Notes: generated by a model not told the origin, from the sequence alone. DNA of 64,000 nucleotides from an uncultured Verrucomicrobiae bacterium (GCA_963837955.1 CAWIPH010000002.1:3776001-3840000), one strand, 5' to 3'. Positions 8,359 through 19,070 are shown, numbered from the stretch's first letter. Numbers and translations are program-made.

Positions 8359-10811
8359 GAGCGCTTCTCCTGATCCAAGCGATTACTCTCCTTCTTTTTG
8401 CTGACGGCGAAGTTGCTCTAGGGGACCTTTTTCGGGAAGCAGCTCAGGCCGAAACTGAGGGACTTCCAGAGGTGAGTGTCACGAAGCTCCGACAATTTCT
8501 AGCCGAGAACCCATCCGACTCAAACGTGACTTCGGCGAAGCTGTTGCTTGCGAAATGCTTGCTGCAAATTCGACGACCGGAAGAAGCGCTTACCGTATTG
8601 AACGACGGTTCTCTAAGCTCCGAAGAGGCGCTGCAACTCAAAGCTCAGACCTATCTTCGGGCCCGCCACTGGAACGAAGCAGCCGAATTGTTTCAAAAAA
8701 TCCTAAGCAACACAAAACCGGACGCGGATACAAACGCTCGTTTAGGACTAGCCGAAGCACAGCTGAGAAAAGAGAACAGCAACCAGGCATTGGAAACCCT
8801 CCAGCCGCTACTGGATAGAAGAACGCCGCCCGACTCCAGAGTCATACTGATTGTGGCGGAGATCGAAATGAACCAGGCCAAATTCGACCAAGCTACCACG
8901 ATCCTGGGCCGCCTTTCCGGTGGATCCGACAGCGAACAACTGCAGAAACAGTGTCTGCTTGGGCAAATCGCTCTCCAAACCGACAAGCTCGACGAGGCCG
9001 AAGCCGCCTTCGATCAGGTGATTTCCGCCAATAAAGGTCAAACGGCGCGATTGGTCGAAATTTCCCAACTTGGTCTTGCTCGCGTCGCCATTAAGAAACA
9101 GGAATTCGACGAAGCTGAATCAATAGTCACCAAAGTCATCCACGAGCAGTCCCGAAGCACAATTTTGCCCGAATTGTTTGAAACATTATATTTGGTTTAC
9201 TCCCAGGAACAGTCTCCTGTTCTCACGGCACTCAACCGTTGGGCGCAAGAAGACCCACAAGAAGTAGGACCGGACAGGCCAGCGTTCTCTCTTTATTATC
9301 TGGGAAAATTGCAGATCCGGATGGACTCTAAGGGAAAGGCAGAAACCACCTTTCGCCACCTGATCAACGACTTTCCAACTCACCGGTTAGCGGGCTTAGC
9401 GGCTGTTGCCGTCGCTCGACTCAAGATCGACGAGGGTGCGCCCGATCAAGCCATTCCCGTCCTTACGCAATGGTTAACGAATGGAACAAATAAGCGGCTA
9501 GCGGAGCGTATTCAGGTTCAACAAATCTTGGCCGAAGCCTATTTCCGTCAGGGTAAATTCAGCGAGGCACAAGAGCTTTATATCCAGTTGGCGGGAACTG
9601 ACGCGTCCAATCGGGCCCGACTCCTTTACGACGCTGCGATCTGCGCTCTTCGTTCCGGAGACCGGCAGCAGTATGATTCCGCGGTTCGCGACATGAGTGG
9701 CTCGCCAGATAACCAAACCCTTCTGGGCAATCTGGAAATCGCGCGAGGAACGATTGAAGCAAGAAGCGGCCAAGCCGGTGCCGATAACACCCTCCGGCGC
9801 TTCCTGACTAGCTTTCCTGACCATCCGCAAACCCCGGAAGCTCATCTATTGTTGGCGGAGATCGCCTTTACCGAGTTGCCTTCCAATCATACGACCGCTC
9901 AAAACGAACTGAGGCAAATCGCCGCGAGCAATCCGGAAACCGCTGAAAGCAAGGCGCGTCTCAATTTCTTTGTAATAGCCGATGACCGTCAGCAGAACGT
10001 CGCCGCGGTAGCCCGCGCAGCTCAGGATTTCATCCAACAATACCCCCAATCCGGAGCTCGCGCGGAAATTCGCTTAAAGCTCGGAGAGGTATATTTCCGA
10101 CAAAATGATTTTCCCAACGCTCAGACTCAATTCGAATTGGTTGCAGAAGAGCAACCGGACTCACCTCTGGTCGAGACAGCCTTATTCTTAGCTGGGGAAG
10201 CTGCCCGGAAGAGCTTAAATCCGTCCTCGGTCGACCGTGCCGTCGACCTGTTCGAGGAAGTCTACAAAATGGATGGATCACTTCGTTTCCAGGCTCGCTT
10301 GGAGCAAGCCCTCACTAAAAGACAGATCCAGCAGGGGCGGGAAGCCATTGTCCTGCTCGATGATCTATTGGCTCAAAATATCCCTCAAGAGATCCGCTGC
10401 GAAGCACTAGAGGCCAAAGGGGAATCGCAATTCTCGCTGGGAGCGAAAGATCCATCCCAGTATGAAGCAGCCATCAAGACGTTCGATAGCTTGGCGGCTT
10501 TGGATTCGAACTCGTTAGAATGGCGCCAAAGCGCTTTATACCGAAAAGCAAAATGCTTTGAACAGCTGGGAAAGACAGATGAAGCGCTGGCCACACTGTA
10601 TGATGTCCTGAGCGTCGGTGGCAACACGAGCGACGAACTCTGGTTCTTTCGGGCGGGATTTGATGCAGCCGAGATCCTGGAAGCACGTCGGGCCTGGAAT
10701 TCCGCCGCCGCCGTCTACGAGAAGCTGACTGCCCTCCCCGGTACCCGCTCCGAGGAGGCAAAAAACCGCCTCGAAAAACTTCGCTTGGAACATTTCCTCT
10801 GGGCAGACTGA
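8355..10811 (+). CDS. Exported tetratricopeptide-repeat protein (BamD/CpoB-like repeats)
   Basis: ATG overlaps the uvrA stop; signal-like N-terminus 'MRALLLIQAITLLLFA'; many TPR-like helices such as 'LKLGEVYFRQNDFPNAQTQF'. Confidence 0.85.
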   Translation: MRALLLIQAITLLLFADGEVALGDLFREAAQAETEGLPEVSVTKLRQFLAENPSDSNVTSAKLLLAKCLLQIRRPEEALTVLNDGSLSSEEALQLKAQTYLRARHWNEAAELFQKILSNTKPDADTNARLGLAEAQLRKENSNQALETLQPLLDRRTPPDSRVILIVAEIEMNQAKFDQATTILGRLSGGSDSEQLQKQCLLGQIALQTDKLDEAEAAFDQVISANKGQTARLVEISQLGLARVAIKKQEFDEAESIVTKVIHEQSRSTILPELFETLYLVYSQEQSPVLTALNRWAQEDPQEVGPDRPAFSLYYLGKLQIRMDSKGKAETTFRHLINDFPTHRLAGLAAVAVARLKIDEGAPDQAIPVLTQWLTNGTNKRLAERIQVQQILAEAYFRQGKFSEAQELYIQLAGTDASNRARLLYDAAICALRSGDRQQYDSAVRDMSGSPDNQTLLGNLEIARGTIEARSGQAGADNTLRRFLTSFPDHPQTPEAHLLLAEIAFTELPSNHTTAQNELRQIAASNPETAESKARLNFFVIADDRQQNVAAVARAAQDFIQQYPQSGARAEIRLKLGEVYFRQNDFPNAQTQFELVAEEQPDSPLVETALFLAGEAARKSLNPSSVDRAVDLFEEVYKMDGSLRFQARLEQALTKRQIQQGREAIVLLDDLLAQNIPQEIRCEALEAKGESQFSLGAKDPSQYEAAIKTFDSLAALDSNSLEWRQSALYRKAKCFEQLGKTDEALATLYDVLSVGGNTSDELWFFRAGFDAAEILEARRAWNSAAAVYEKLTALPGTRSEEAKNRLEKLRLEHFLWAD

Positions 10812-10813
10812 AC

Positions 10814-12067
10814 ATGATGAAAGCGCATCAGGACCGTACCAGGGTCAGAAGTGGAACTAACCTGGAGCGCGCCCATTTACTGAACCAGCGAGTTGTTTTG
10901 GAAACGGTCCGGCTCAATGAACCGGTATCTCGGATCGAGATCGCACGCCTTACCGGTCTGACCAACCAAACGGTCTTTAACATCGTCGAAGACTTGCAAC
11001 AAATTGGACTCATCCAAAATTTCGGCCGCAAAACGGCTGAGCGCGGCCAGCCTGCGAAGCTCTTCGAGATCAATGCCGACGCTGCGTTCTCTATTGGCTT
11101 GCACATGGAGCGCGATCACATCGCGGCCGTCCTAGTTGATTTCAAGGGGGTGATTCGCTCGCGCACCTATAGAGGGCGGTTCCTATCTACTCCAGAGGAG
11201 GCTCTGAAACAGGTCTACAGCTCGATCAGTGAGTTACGTCGGGCGAACAAACGCCGTCGCATTTGGGGGCTGGGGATCGCGCTACCTGGACCGATAGATT
11301 TTCGTCACGGGAAGGTAGTTTTTTCACCAAATTTTCCCGGATGGGAACGAATTAACGTTCAAGACTACTTTAAAAAGAAGACCGGTTTGCGAGTTTTGAT
11401 CGACAACGATGCAACGGCCGCAGCAATCGGTGAAAGTTGGTACGGCGCAGGTCGCCACCTGGACAGTTTTGTTTACATTTACGTGGGAGTGGGTGTGGGC
11501 AGTGGAATCGTCGTAAACGGGCGTCCTCATCGTGGTTTTCGGGGAGGTTCCGGGGAGGTTGGCCATATCATGGTCGATAGAGGCAGGAACGCTAAGTTGT
11601 GCGGTTGCGGGAAAAAGGGCTGCCTAGAAGCCTATCTTTCGCTAACCGCTTTATCGCTACATCTGACGGAGTCCGGAATCGGCTACACTAGTTTGTCGCA
11701 GCTGCTCGAGTTATACGAAGAGAAGAACAAGGTGCTCCTGACTTGGCTAAACGCCGCAGCTTTTTATCTAGCTGAAACAATGGATAACCTTCACCTCTTG
11801 TTCGATCCGGAGGCATTTGTCATTGGCGGTCATTTACCGGGGCCGCTTTTAGCTTTTCTGATTGAGCGTTGCTCCGAAATCGTGGCGAAGACGCGCCGTT
11901 CACAAAAAGGTGAGTTCCCCAGGGTGCTGCAAGGTCAACTGCAAGAGGAAGCGGCCGCTCTCGGAGCTGCCGTCCTCCCTATCGATGACTTAATTGCCCC
12001 CAACTATGAGCGGATTACGAGCGGCGACCATCCTAGCCTGCTCGACATTTGGGATTTCCGGCAATAG
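10814..12067 (+). CDS. ROK-family transcriptional regulator (NagC/XylR-like)
   Basis: N-terminal HTH 'SRIEIARLTGLT', 'DNDATAAA', 'GEVGH', Zn site 'CGCGKKGCLE'. Confidence 0.95.
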   Translation: MMKAHQDRTRVRSGTNLERAHLLNQRVVLETVRLNEPVSRIEIARLTGLTNQTVFNIVEDLQQIGLIQNFGRKTAERGQPAKLFEINADAAFSIGLHMERDHIAAVLVDFKGVIRSRTYRGRFLSTPEEALKQVYSSISELRRANKRRRIWGLGIALPGPIDFRHGKVVFSPNFPGWERINVQDYFKKKTGLRVLIDNDATAAAIGESWYGAGRHLDSFVYIYVGVGVGSGIVVNGRPHRGFRGGSGEVGHIMVDRGRNAKLCGCGKKGCLEAYLSLTALSLHLTESGIGYTSLSQLLELYEEKNKVLLTWLNAAAFYLAETMDNLHLLFDPEAFVIGGHLPGPLLAFLIERCSEIVAKTRRSQKGEFPRVLQGQLQEEAAALGAAVLPIDDLIAPNYERITSGDHPSLLDIWDFRQ

Positions 12068-12194
12068 CTTTCGGTCCGGTTTGTCGGTCATAACGGCTAC
12101 ATCGAAAATCATGCCCTCCTGAATACCGGAGGCGGTCGGGCGGTCGGAAATTCCGGCAGGCACTGATCGCGATTACGGGCGGCATCGCGCTGAA

Positions 12195-12211
12195 TCTTTC
12201 AATTTGAAAGA
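12195..12211. promoter_or_regulatory. Candidate operator palindrome TCTTTCAA-T-TTGAAAGA
   Basis: Perfect 8-1-8 inverted repeat in an AT-rich patch between the ROK gene and the GH3 gene. Confidence 0.45.
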
Positions 12212-12839
12212 ATATTGCTTGCTAACTTCGCACCGTTTCGCTTAGACATGGACGTCCCCCCAATAACTCTCTATTAACACCGAGCGTTTAAAGCCGGCTC
12301 CTGCGAGATGACTGGAACCCCCTTCAGCTCATCGCACAGTGAGCCGGCCCCCCGGGGTGACTAATGCGCAATAATTCTATCTATGAATCGCCCCGCAACG
12401 GATTTCTCATGGGCTCAAAGGGATTTATCACGGATTCGATGCTCCGATATTTTGTTCCGCCGAATCAAGCCGGACCCCATTCTCACCTCGGCTACCCGAG
12501 ATGTAACTCTAAGTGATCCGGATAGTTTCTATTATCCGGCAAACAACCTGGAATTGGGAGTAGTACCAACCTAGATCCGAATTCCAGCATTTAGATCGCT
12601 CAGGCTTACTGCCTGGGAGACTCATTGTTGTCGTCTGCAAGGTCCCCCTTCGAGTCGGTCAAGTTGCTCAGCTAACTAGTATGGCGCGTCAGTTTCCGGT
12701 CGCCCAGAAATGCTCTCGAGCAAGTGGAACATTCCACTTTGATCTCCCCTTTCTTTGAAACCGGTCATCGGCCGGACACGCCGAGGACCCAGCATCAGTT
12801 TCTTCTGTCTTCCATAATTAACCCTAACTAACTCCGTTT

Positions 12840-15416
12840 ATGAAACTAGCCAATCTGCATCGACTAATTGTCGCCGGATTGTCGATCTGCTCGCTTAATG
12901 CGCAAGGTCAACAAAGTCCCGGTGATGTCGAAGCGAGAGTTAACCTAATTCTCTCGCAAATGACGCTCGCCCAAAAACTAAGTTATATCGGAGGCACCGG
13001 CTTCTTCGATTTGAAACCGATCCCCGTTCCAAATCTCAACGTCGCAGTAAATCCCCAAATCTATCAAACCGATGGACCGCTGGGAGTGCGTCGTAATGAG
13101 CCAAGCATCCGTTTCCCTTCCGGGCTCCTCTTAGCCGCTACCTGGAATCGAGACGTGGCCCGAGATCAGGGGATTTCGATGGGCCGGGATACGCGAGCGC
13201 GAGGTTACTTTTCCATTCTTGGCCCCGGTATGGATTTTTACCGTGTGCCGATGGGTGGACGAAATTTTGAATACATGACCGGCGAAGATCCTTATTTAGG
13301 TGCTCAATTGGTTCCTCCTGTCATTCAAGGGATCCAGGCTCAAGGCGTATGGTCCTGCGCAAAACACTACGCCTGCAACGATGAAGAAGAGAACCGTACA
13401 AACGTGCAAATCCTCATCCCCGATGAACGGACCCTTCGAGAGATTTACCTACCGCCATTCGAGGCTGCGGTAAAAGATGGGCATGTTGCGACGGTCATGA
13501 GCGCCTATAACGCGATTAACGGCTATTTCTGCTCGGAAAATTCGTTCCTTCTAACGGATATCTTGAAAAAGGAGTGGAAATTCAGAGGGCTCTTGATGTC
13601 CGATTATAACGCGATTCATAATGGGCTAAACGCTGCTCTGACCGGGTGCGATCTTGATTTGCCGTCAGGCAGTTTCATGAATGCCAATACCCTGCTCCCC
13701 TATATCCCAAGCCCGCTCCGGCTATCGGTCATCGACGATAAGGTTCGGCGCATCTTGCGGGAAGTCATCTCTTTCGGCTTTCTGGATCGTCAGCAGCTGG
13801 ATCCTTCTATTCCGCTGGATGATCCATTTAGTGAGACGGCAGCGCTGAACGTTGCTCGGGAAGGTCTCGTCCTACTCAAGAACGACCGGAACTTGCTCCC
13901 GCTCCAAAAGAGCCAGGTTCGTTCCGTCGCGGTGCTTGGCATAGCCGCGCAGAACGCTCCACCTACGGGATTTGGCAGCTCTTACGTCACACCGATTAAC
14001 TACGTGAGCGAGCTGGATGGAATCAAATCAGCGGCTTCACCAGCGACTAAGGTTGACTTCATTTCCGCATGTACTCTCGATCCGGAGAACTCGGTTTGGG
14101 AATACAGCAATAATGGGGAAATCACACAGGGGCTCCAAGCAGAGTATTTTACTTCAAACGATCTCTCCGGAACACCGGCCGCAACCCGCGTCGATAACCA
14201 GGTCGACTTTGACTGGGATATCGATGCCATACCCGTCGGAACAAACCAACAAGGGTTCTCTGCTCGCTGGACCGGCCAAGTTCGTCCGCAGATAGCCGGC
14301 GATTACGTTTTCAAAATTCGCGGAGACGGCGGTTTGCGGCTCATCGTGAACGGCCAGACACTCGTTGATAATTTCTTTTCACCTGCGCTGCCGCCGGTTG
14401 GTTACGGTCCGACGGTCTCATTCTCTGGGAAGATCGCGCTCCAGGCAGGCCAAGTTTACTCGATCGAAATCGATTACCGGCGCGTCGGAGGATTTTTCGA
14501 TTCCTTCGAGCAAGGCGGACTCACTGGCATTCAAGTTAGCTGGGCTTCCTTACAGCCGCCACCCAACTTCAACAGCTACGATGCTGTCGTCATATGTGCA
14601 GGAATTAACAACGAATACGAGGGCGAAGGCCAGGATCGGCCATTCACGCTGCCAGAGTTTCAAGACGAGTTAATCAAAAACATTGCCACCGTGAACCCGC
14701 ACGCGATTGTTGTCTTTCATGGGGGCGGGAACTTCGACTCGCGGCAGTGGATCAATCAGGTAGGTGGCTTCATCGAGGCCTTCTATCCGGGCCAAAACGG
14801 CGGTCAGGCACTTGGAGAGATATTGTTCGGCGATATCAATCCTTCCGGCAAACTGCCCATCACGATGGAGAAACGCATGGAAGACAATCCGGCGGCAGCG
14901 ACATTCCCGAATCCGGTCAACCAACATCCCGACGCTATCCCTTACAGTGAAGGAATCTTTGTTGGTTACCGGGGTTACGATAAAAATCAAGTGCATCCGC
15001 TATTTCCGTTCGGTTTCGGATTGTCCTACACAAGCTTCTCGTTTTCTGATTTGAAAATTGAGCCGGCCCAATTCACCGGGAGCAGCGATGTTACGGTGAC
15101 GTTTACGGTTACCAATACCGGCAAACGCACTGGCGCGGAAGTTGCCCAACTGTATGTCGGCCAGCAGAATCCGACGATTAGCCGGCCGATCAAAGAATTG
15201 AAAGGTTTTGAGAAAGTATTTCTGCGACCGGGTCAATCTCGAAAAGTAACGTTGAAACTGAATCAACGATCCTTTGCCTATTTTAATGAGACAATAGACA
15301 AATGGGATGCTCTGGCCGGGAAATACGGCGTCCAGGTCGGATCTTCCTCACAGCAAAGTGACCTCAGTTTGCAAGGAACGGTGGATCTGCCTTCTGAGAT
15401 CCTTGCGAACGAATAG
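12840..15416 (+). CDS. Secreted GH3 beta-glucosidase with PA14 and Fn3-like domains
   Basis: Signal peptide, 'GRNFEY..EDP', 'KHYACN', nucleophile 'MSDY', PA14 'FSARWTG', 'YSEGIFVGYR', 'ELKGFEKV'. Confidence 0.96.
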   Translation: MKLANLHRLIVAGLSICSLNAQGQQSPGDVEARVNLILSQMTLAQKLSYIGGTGFFDLKPIPVPNLNVAVNPQIYQTDGPLGVRRNEPSIRFPSGLLLAATWNRDVARDQGISMGRDTRARGYFSILGPGMDFYRVPMGGRNFEYMTGEDPYLGAQLVPPVIQGIQAQGVWSCAKHYACNDEEENRTNVQILIPDERTLREIYLPPFEAAVKDGHVATVMSAYNAINGYFCSENSFLLTDILKKEWKFRGLLMSDYNAIHNGLNAALTGCDLDLPSGSFMNANTLLPYIPSPLRLSVIDDKVRRILREVISFGFLDRQQLDPSIPLDDPFSETAALNVAREGLVLLKNDRNLLPLQKSQVRSVAVLGIAAQNAPPTGFGSSYVTPINYVSELDGIKSAASPATKVDFISACTLDPENSVWEYSNNGEITQGLQAEYFTSNDLSGTPAATRVDNQVDFDWDIDAIPVGTNQQGFSARWTGQVRPQIAGDYVFKIRGDGGLRLIVNGQTLVDNFFSPALPPVGYGPTVSFSGKIALQAGQVYSIEIDYRRVGGFFDSFEQGGLTGIQVSWASLQPPPNFNSYDAVVICAGINNEYEGEGQDRPFTLPEFQDELIKNIATVNPHAIVVFHGGGNFDSRQWINQVGGFIEAFYPGQNGGQALGEILFGDINPSGKLPITMEKRMEDNPAAATFPNPVNQHPDAIPYSEGIFVGYRGYDKNQVHPLFPFGFGLSYTSFSFSDLKIEPAQFTGSSDVTVTFTVTNTGKRTGAEVAQLYVGQQNPTISRPIKELKGFEKVFLRPGQSRKVTLKLNQRSFAYFNETIDKWDALAGKYGVQVGSSSQQSDLSLQGTVDLPSEILANE

Positions 15417-15510
15417 GCGGTTCAAAGGTTAGGCGCCCCTGACAGCAATGGGGTGGCCCGACTTCGCCAGGCCCACGTCACGGCCCAGCCCTATGGCGTT
15501 CGTTTGAAAG

Positions 15511-15536
15511 CACAGCCCCGCAGCCGCGGGGCTGTG
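15511..15536. terminator. Strong hairpin downstream of GH3 (possible terminator or repeat remnant)
   Basis: CACAGCCCCGC-AGCC-GCGGGGCTGTG, 11-bp perfect stem; no U-tract on the + strand. Confidence 0.35.
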
Positions 15537-15552
15537 AAAATTGAAGCAATCG

Positions 15553-15779
15553 GTCCCGGAGGGATCCAAATGAAAGTAGCCCAGTACGAAGTGCTGGGGA
15601 ATGATGCAAGTAGAGACGTCCGTCCCGTATGGGACGATAGAAGCGTTTTGGTTCCCGGCCTTTCATATGCGGCTTCACCAGCGTAAAGACCATCGATCGT
15701 CCCTCCGGGACGGCTCGTTTTTTTGAACGTCAACCCAGCACTTCGTGCTGGGCTACTTTCACGATGTCCCTGTCGGGAC
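15553..15779. repeat. Long inverted-repeat element with three-hairpin arms (class L)
   Basis: TGAAAGTAGCCCAGTACGAAGTGCTGGG (15571) pairs with CCCAGCACTTCGTGCTGGGCTACTTTCA (15734); GTCCC..GGGAC mini-hairpins at both ends of each arm. Confidence 0.8.
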
Positions 15780-15992
15780 GGGATCGATTGCTTTATCGAG
15801 TACGGGCAAGAATGGCCGAATCGCGCGACCGTTTCTGCGAAAAATCAACCGCAAGAAAAGGCACCAATTGAAACACGAACGCGGAGCTGCGGACTACAAA
15901 ATACCAATTCAGTCGACCTCCCACCTCCACCCGCGAGTCGTTCCGGCGCGTTTGCAGAATCCGTCGATCTAGCCCAACTTGGTACTCACCGC

Positions 15993-17066
15993 ATGACGAA
16001 ATCGATCAAACTCTTTATTCCTGGGCCGGTCGAGGTTTCGGCCAAAACGTTCGCCGCGATGACCACTCCGATGATCGGCCATCGCAGCAATGATTTCAAA
16101 GAGCTCTACCGGGGGATGCACCCAAAACTCCAGCAACTCTTTGAGACCGAGCAACAGGTATATCTTTCGACCTCTTCGGCTTGGGGTGTCATGGAAGGAG
16201 CGATCCGAAATCTGGTCGGCAAAGGCGTCCTCAATTGCATGTGCGGTGCGTTCTCCGACAAATGGTTCGACGTAGCAAAACGCTGCGGAAAATCGGCCAG
16301 CCCTTTGCAGGTTGAGTGGGGCGAACCGATCGATCCTGCAGCGGTTGACCGAGAGCTGGCCACCGGCCGATTTGATGCGATCACCCTGATCCACAACGAG
16401 ACGTCGACCGGCGTCGTCAATCCTTTGCTGGAGATTAGCGAAGTGCTCCGGAAGTATCCCGACGTCGTTTTTATCGTCGACACCGTCTCCTCTTTGTCCG
16501 CTCAACGGATCCCTATGGATGAACTTGGGATCGACCTGCTGCTAACCGGCAGCCAAAAAGCGCTGGCACTACCGCCGGGTTTATCCCTTTTGGCTTGCTC
16601 GGAGAAGGCGCTAGCTCGGGCCGCCACCATTTCGGGCCGCGGCTACTATTTCGACCTGCTCGAATTCAAAAAGAACGCAGACGAATTCATGACGCCGAGC
16701 ACTCCTTCTATCCCGCATCTCTATGCATTACGCTCCAAACTGGAAGACATTTTCGCGGAAGGTCTGCCGGCTCGGTATCAACGCCACCGGGAAAACAACC
16801 AACTCGTCCACCAATGGGTAACGGAAAATGGCTTCGAGTTTTTCGCGAAGGAAGGATTTCGATCAGTCACGCTTACCTGTGTTCGCAATAATCGCGAGAT
16901 CGACCTAGGAAAATTTGTGCAGCGGCTTCGGCAAGAGTTCGGTTTCCAGATTGATGGCGGATACGGCAAGATCAAAGGCAAGACTTTCCGAGTCTCTAAT
17001 ATGGGGGATGAGAATCGGGAGACGTTGGAACCATTACTTGATGCCATGACGCGGTGTCTCGGGTAG
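15993..17066 (+). CDS. Class V PLP aminotransferase (alanine-glyoxylate/serine-pyruvate family)
   Basis: 'LFIPGP', 'IGHRS', 'HNETSTG', 'DTVSS', PLP lysine in 'GSQKAL'. Confidence 0.95.
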   Translation: MTKSIKLFIPGPVEVSAKTFAAMTTPMIGHRSNDFKELYRGMHPKLQQLFETEQQVYLSTSSAWGVMEGAIRNLVGKGVLNCMCGAFSDKWFDVAKRCGKSASPLQVEWGEPIDPAAVDRELATGRFDAITLIHNETSTGVVNPLLEISEVLRKYPDVVFIVDTVSSLSAQRIPMDELGIDLLLTGSQKALALPPGLSLLACSEKALARAATISGRGYYFDLLEFKKNADEFMTPSTPSIPHLYALRSKLEDIFAEGLPARYQRHRENNQLVHQWVTENGFEFFAKEGFRSVTLTCVRNNREIDLGKFVQRLRQEFGFQIDGGYGKIKGKTFRVSNMGDENRETLEPLLDAMTRCLG

Positions 17067-17240
17067 AGATCTCACGTAAAGACGCGAAGGCGCAAAGGTT
17101 TCAGATTAAGGAAGGAAGTCTGAGCAGAATGGGTTGCGCGTGGGCCTTTCAATTCCTTTTCGTGAAGACATTCTCAAAAACGGCACCCACCAAGTCGTTG
17201 ATAACCTCTAATCCGAACCTTTGCGTCTTGGCGTGAGATC
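17067..17240. mobile_element. MITE-like element M1, copy 2
   Basis: Starts 1 nt after the TAG stop at 17064-17066; right terminal repeat is shorter by one 8-nt unit. Confidence 0.88.
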
Positions 17241-17307
17241 GCTCCGGGCGAACGCTCTGCGTGTGGCATCCGAATCAAATCAATTTTCGGGCCCATTCCG
17301 GGCACGG

Positions 17308-17733
17308 CTATTCTTCTTTCGCGGCTTCTCCAGCGCTTACGTAGTCTCCCTCGACATGCACCACTTCGATCAAATTCCGAAACGGATCCCAGGTAAAGAA
17401 ACGGGGTCTCAGCGGTAATGATCGCGCCTCCCGGACTTCATAACCAGCCTTTTTGACCGCAGACCGGTAACGTTCCAAGTCGTCCACCTCGATACAAAAA
17501 TGATGAACAGGATCTTTCGGTGGCAAGCCTGAGTCGGGCACACAATGTAATTCGACACCTTCGGAGCCGGTGTGGAACCAAATCCATCCAAGTGGTTTCG
17601 CAACCTTCGGCACGGGCTTTTCCTTGAAGCCGAGAACATTGATATAAAAGTCGCGTAGCCGACGCTCTTCTCCAGGTGCAAACGTAATGGTTACATGCTG
17701 TAATTTCGGTAACGCCAAACTTGTCGCAGTCAT
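17308..17733 (-). CDS. VOC/glyoxalase-family protein
   Basis: 'LQHVTI', 'FYINVLGF', 'HHFCIEVDDL', 'FFTWDPFRNLIE'. Confidence 0.9.
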   Translation of the reverse strand: MTATSLALPKLQHVTITFAPGEERRLRDFYINVLGFKEKPVPKVAKPLGWIWFHTGSEGVELHCVPDSGLPPKDPVHHFCIEVDDLERYRSAVKKAGYEVREARSLPLRPRFFTWDPFRNLIEVVHVEGDYVSAGEAAKEE

Positions 17734-17787
17734 TTCCTAACCTGCGACGAAGCCGGAGCTCCGCAAGTCTTGCTTACCACACCGGAG

Positions 17788-17971
17788 AGATCTCACGCAA
17801 AGACGCCAAGACGCAAAGGTTTCAGACTAAGGAAGAAGTCTGAGCAGAATGGGGCTGCGAGTGGGCTTCCCGATCCCTTTGGTGAAGACATTCTCAAAAA
17901 CGGCGCCCCACCAAGGCATCGATAGTCTCTAATCCGAACCCTTTGCGTCTTGGCGTCTTTGCGTGAGATCT
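17788..17971. mobile_element. MITE-like element M1, complete copy (184 bp, perfect 32-bp terminal inverted repeats)
   Basis: 17788-17819 is the exact reverse complement of 17940-17971; abuts the stop codon at 17972-17974. Confidence 0.92.
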
Positions 17972-18997
17972 TTACGAAGTAACCACCGGTTTGCCGCGAA
18001 ACCGGCTTACTGTTTCCGGTTGGGCGACTCTGCAGCTCGTTGGTGGTAAGCCGCGGAGCAACAGCTCCACATCGCTTACCACCATCTTCCCGATCTCCAA
18101 GAATGCTTCGGGCATCCCCCCCGCTCGATGAGCCGAGAGCAACACGTTCGGAAGATCCCGGATCGGATGATCCTTCGAAAACGGTTCATCCGGAAAGACA
18201 TCCGTTGCGACTCGGAGACGGCCAGACTGCGCAGCAACCGTTAAGGCATCGAAATCGACGACGCCAGCCCGGCTCATCAACACAAAGATTCCGCCCGGCT
18301 TGATTAACTGAAACTCTCTTTGGCCCAAGAACCCCTGGTTCTCTGTGGTGACACTCGCGAACACAAAAATCGCGTCCGAGGTCGAAAGCACTTCGTCCAG
18401 ACTGGCCGGCGTACATTCGTGCTGTAAGATTTCGCGGGCTGGCAACCATGGATCGTACACTTTCACCGAGCACCGAAATGGCCAGATTAACGGGCGAAAG
18501 GCGCGCGCTAGATCGCCGAAGCCGATGATGCCGGCCCGGCAACCGGTAAAGAGCGAGAAACCTTGATTGCTGGTGAGACCGTAGGTCTCTCGACGTTCGC
18601 GCATCATCCGGTCGTTCTGACTCACTCCTCGAGCCAGATCCAAGGCAAACGCCAAGGCCATCTCGGCAACCGAGACGGCAAATGCCGGGCTAGCTATCAG
18701 CACCCGAATACCCCGTTCGAAGCAATATTGATAATCGATGTTCGGAAGAAAATTACCTTCGACGTTAAAAATTGCTCGCAACTTCCTTGCTCGTTCCAAC
18801 CTTTCCCGGGGCAGATCGCTCTGGCCGATCAGGATCTCGGCGTTCGGTAATGCCTCGTCCAGCATAGCTACCGGCATCGGACCGCTATCGAAGATGGTGA
18901 GTTCCGCGACGTCCGATAGACGGTGCTGCGCTTCGGCATCGAAGATCATCTCCATCGTACGCGGCTGTGGATCGATTAAGACATTTGGTTTGCTCAT
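17972..18997 (-). CDS. D-isomer-specific 2-hydroxyacid dehydrogenase
   Basis: 'GIIGFGDLA', 'SRAGVVD', 'DVFPDEP', 'SAHRAG'. Confidence 0.92.
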   Translation of the reverse strand: MSKPNVLIDPQPRTMEMIFDAEAQHRLSDVAELTIFDSGPMPVAMLDEALPNAEILIGQSDLPRERLERARKLRAIFNVEGNFLPNIDYQYCFERGIRVLIASPAFAVSVAEMALAFALDLARGVSQNDRMMRERRETYGLTSNQGFSLFTGCRAGIIGFGDLARAFRPLIWPFRCSVKVYDPWLPAREILQHECTPASLDEVLSTSDAIFVFASVTTENQGFLGQREFQLIKPGGIFVLMSRAGVVDFDALTVAAQSGRLRVATDVFPDEPFSKDHPIRDLPNVLLSAHRAGGMPEAFLEIGKMVVSDVELLLRGLPPTSCRVAQPETVSRFRGKPVVTS

Positions 18998-19070
18998 AGC
19001 CGGAATTCAGCGGCGACGCGTTCGACGAAGCCTGTGGCGATAATTCGAATTATCGGTGAAGGGATTCGCG

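Noticed and set aside
12530..12600. c-di-GMP-I riboswitch suggested by GGCAAAC
   Set aside because: The GAAA-loop stem and the following GACGCAAAG element are absent.
15723..15992. N-terminal extensions in the ORF track (aminotransferase; also 1428, 8229, 33125, 52276, 56629, 59017, 59046)
   Set aside because: Extensions run through repeats, promoters or neighbouring genes; family similarity begins at the downstream ATGs used here.
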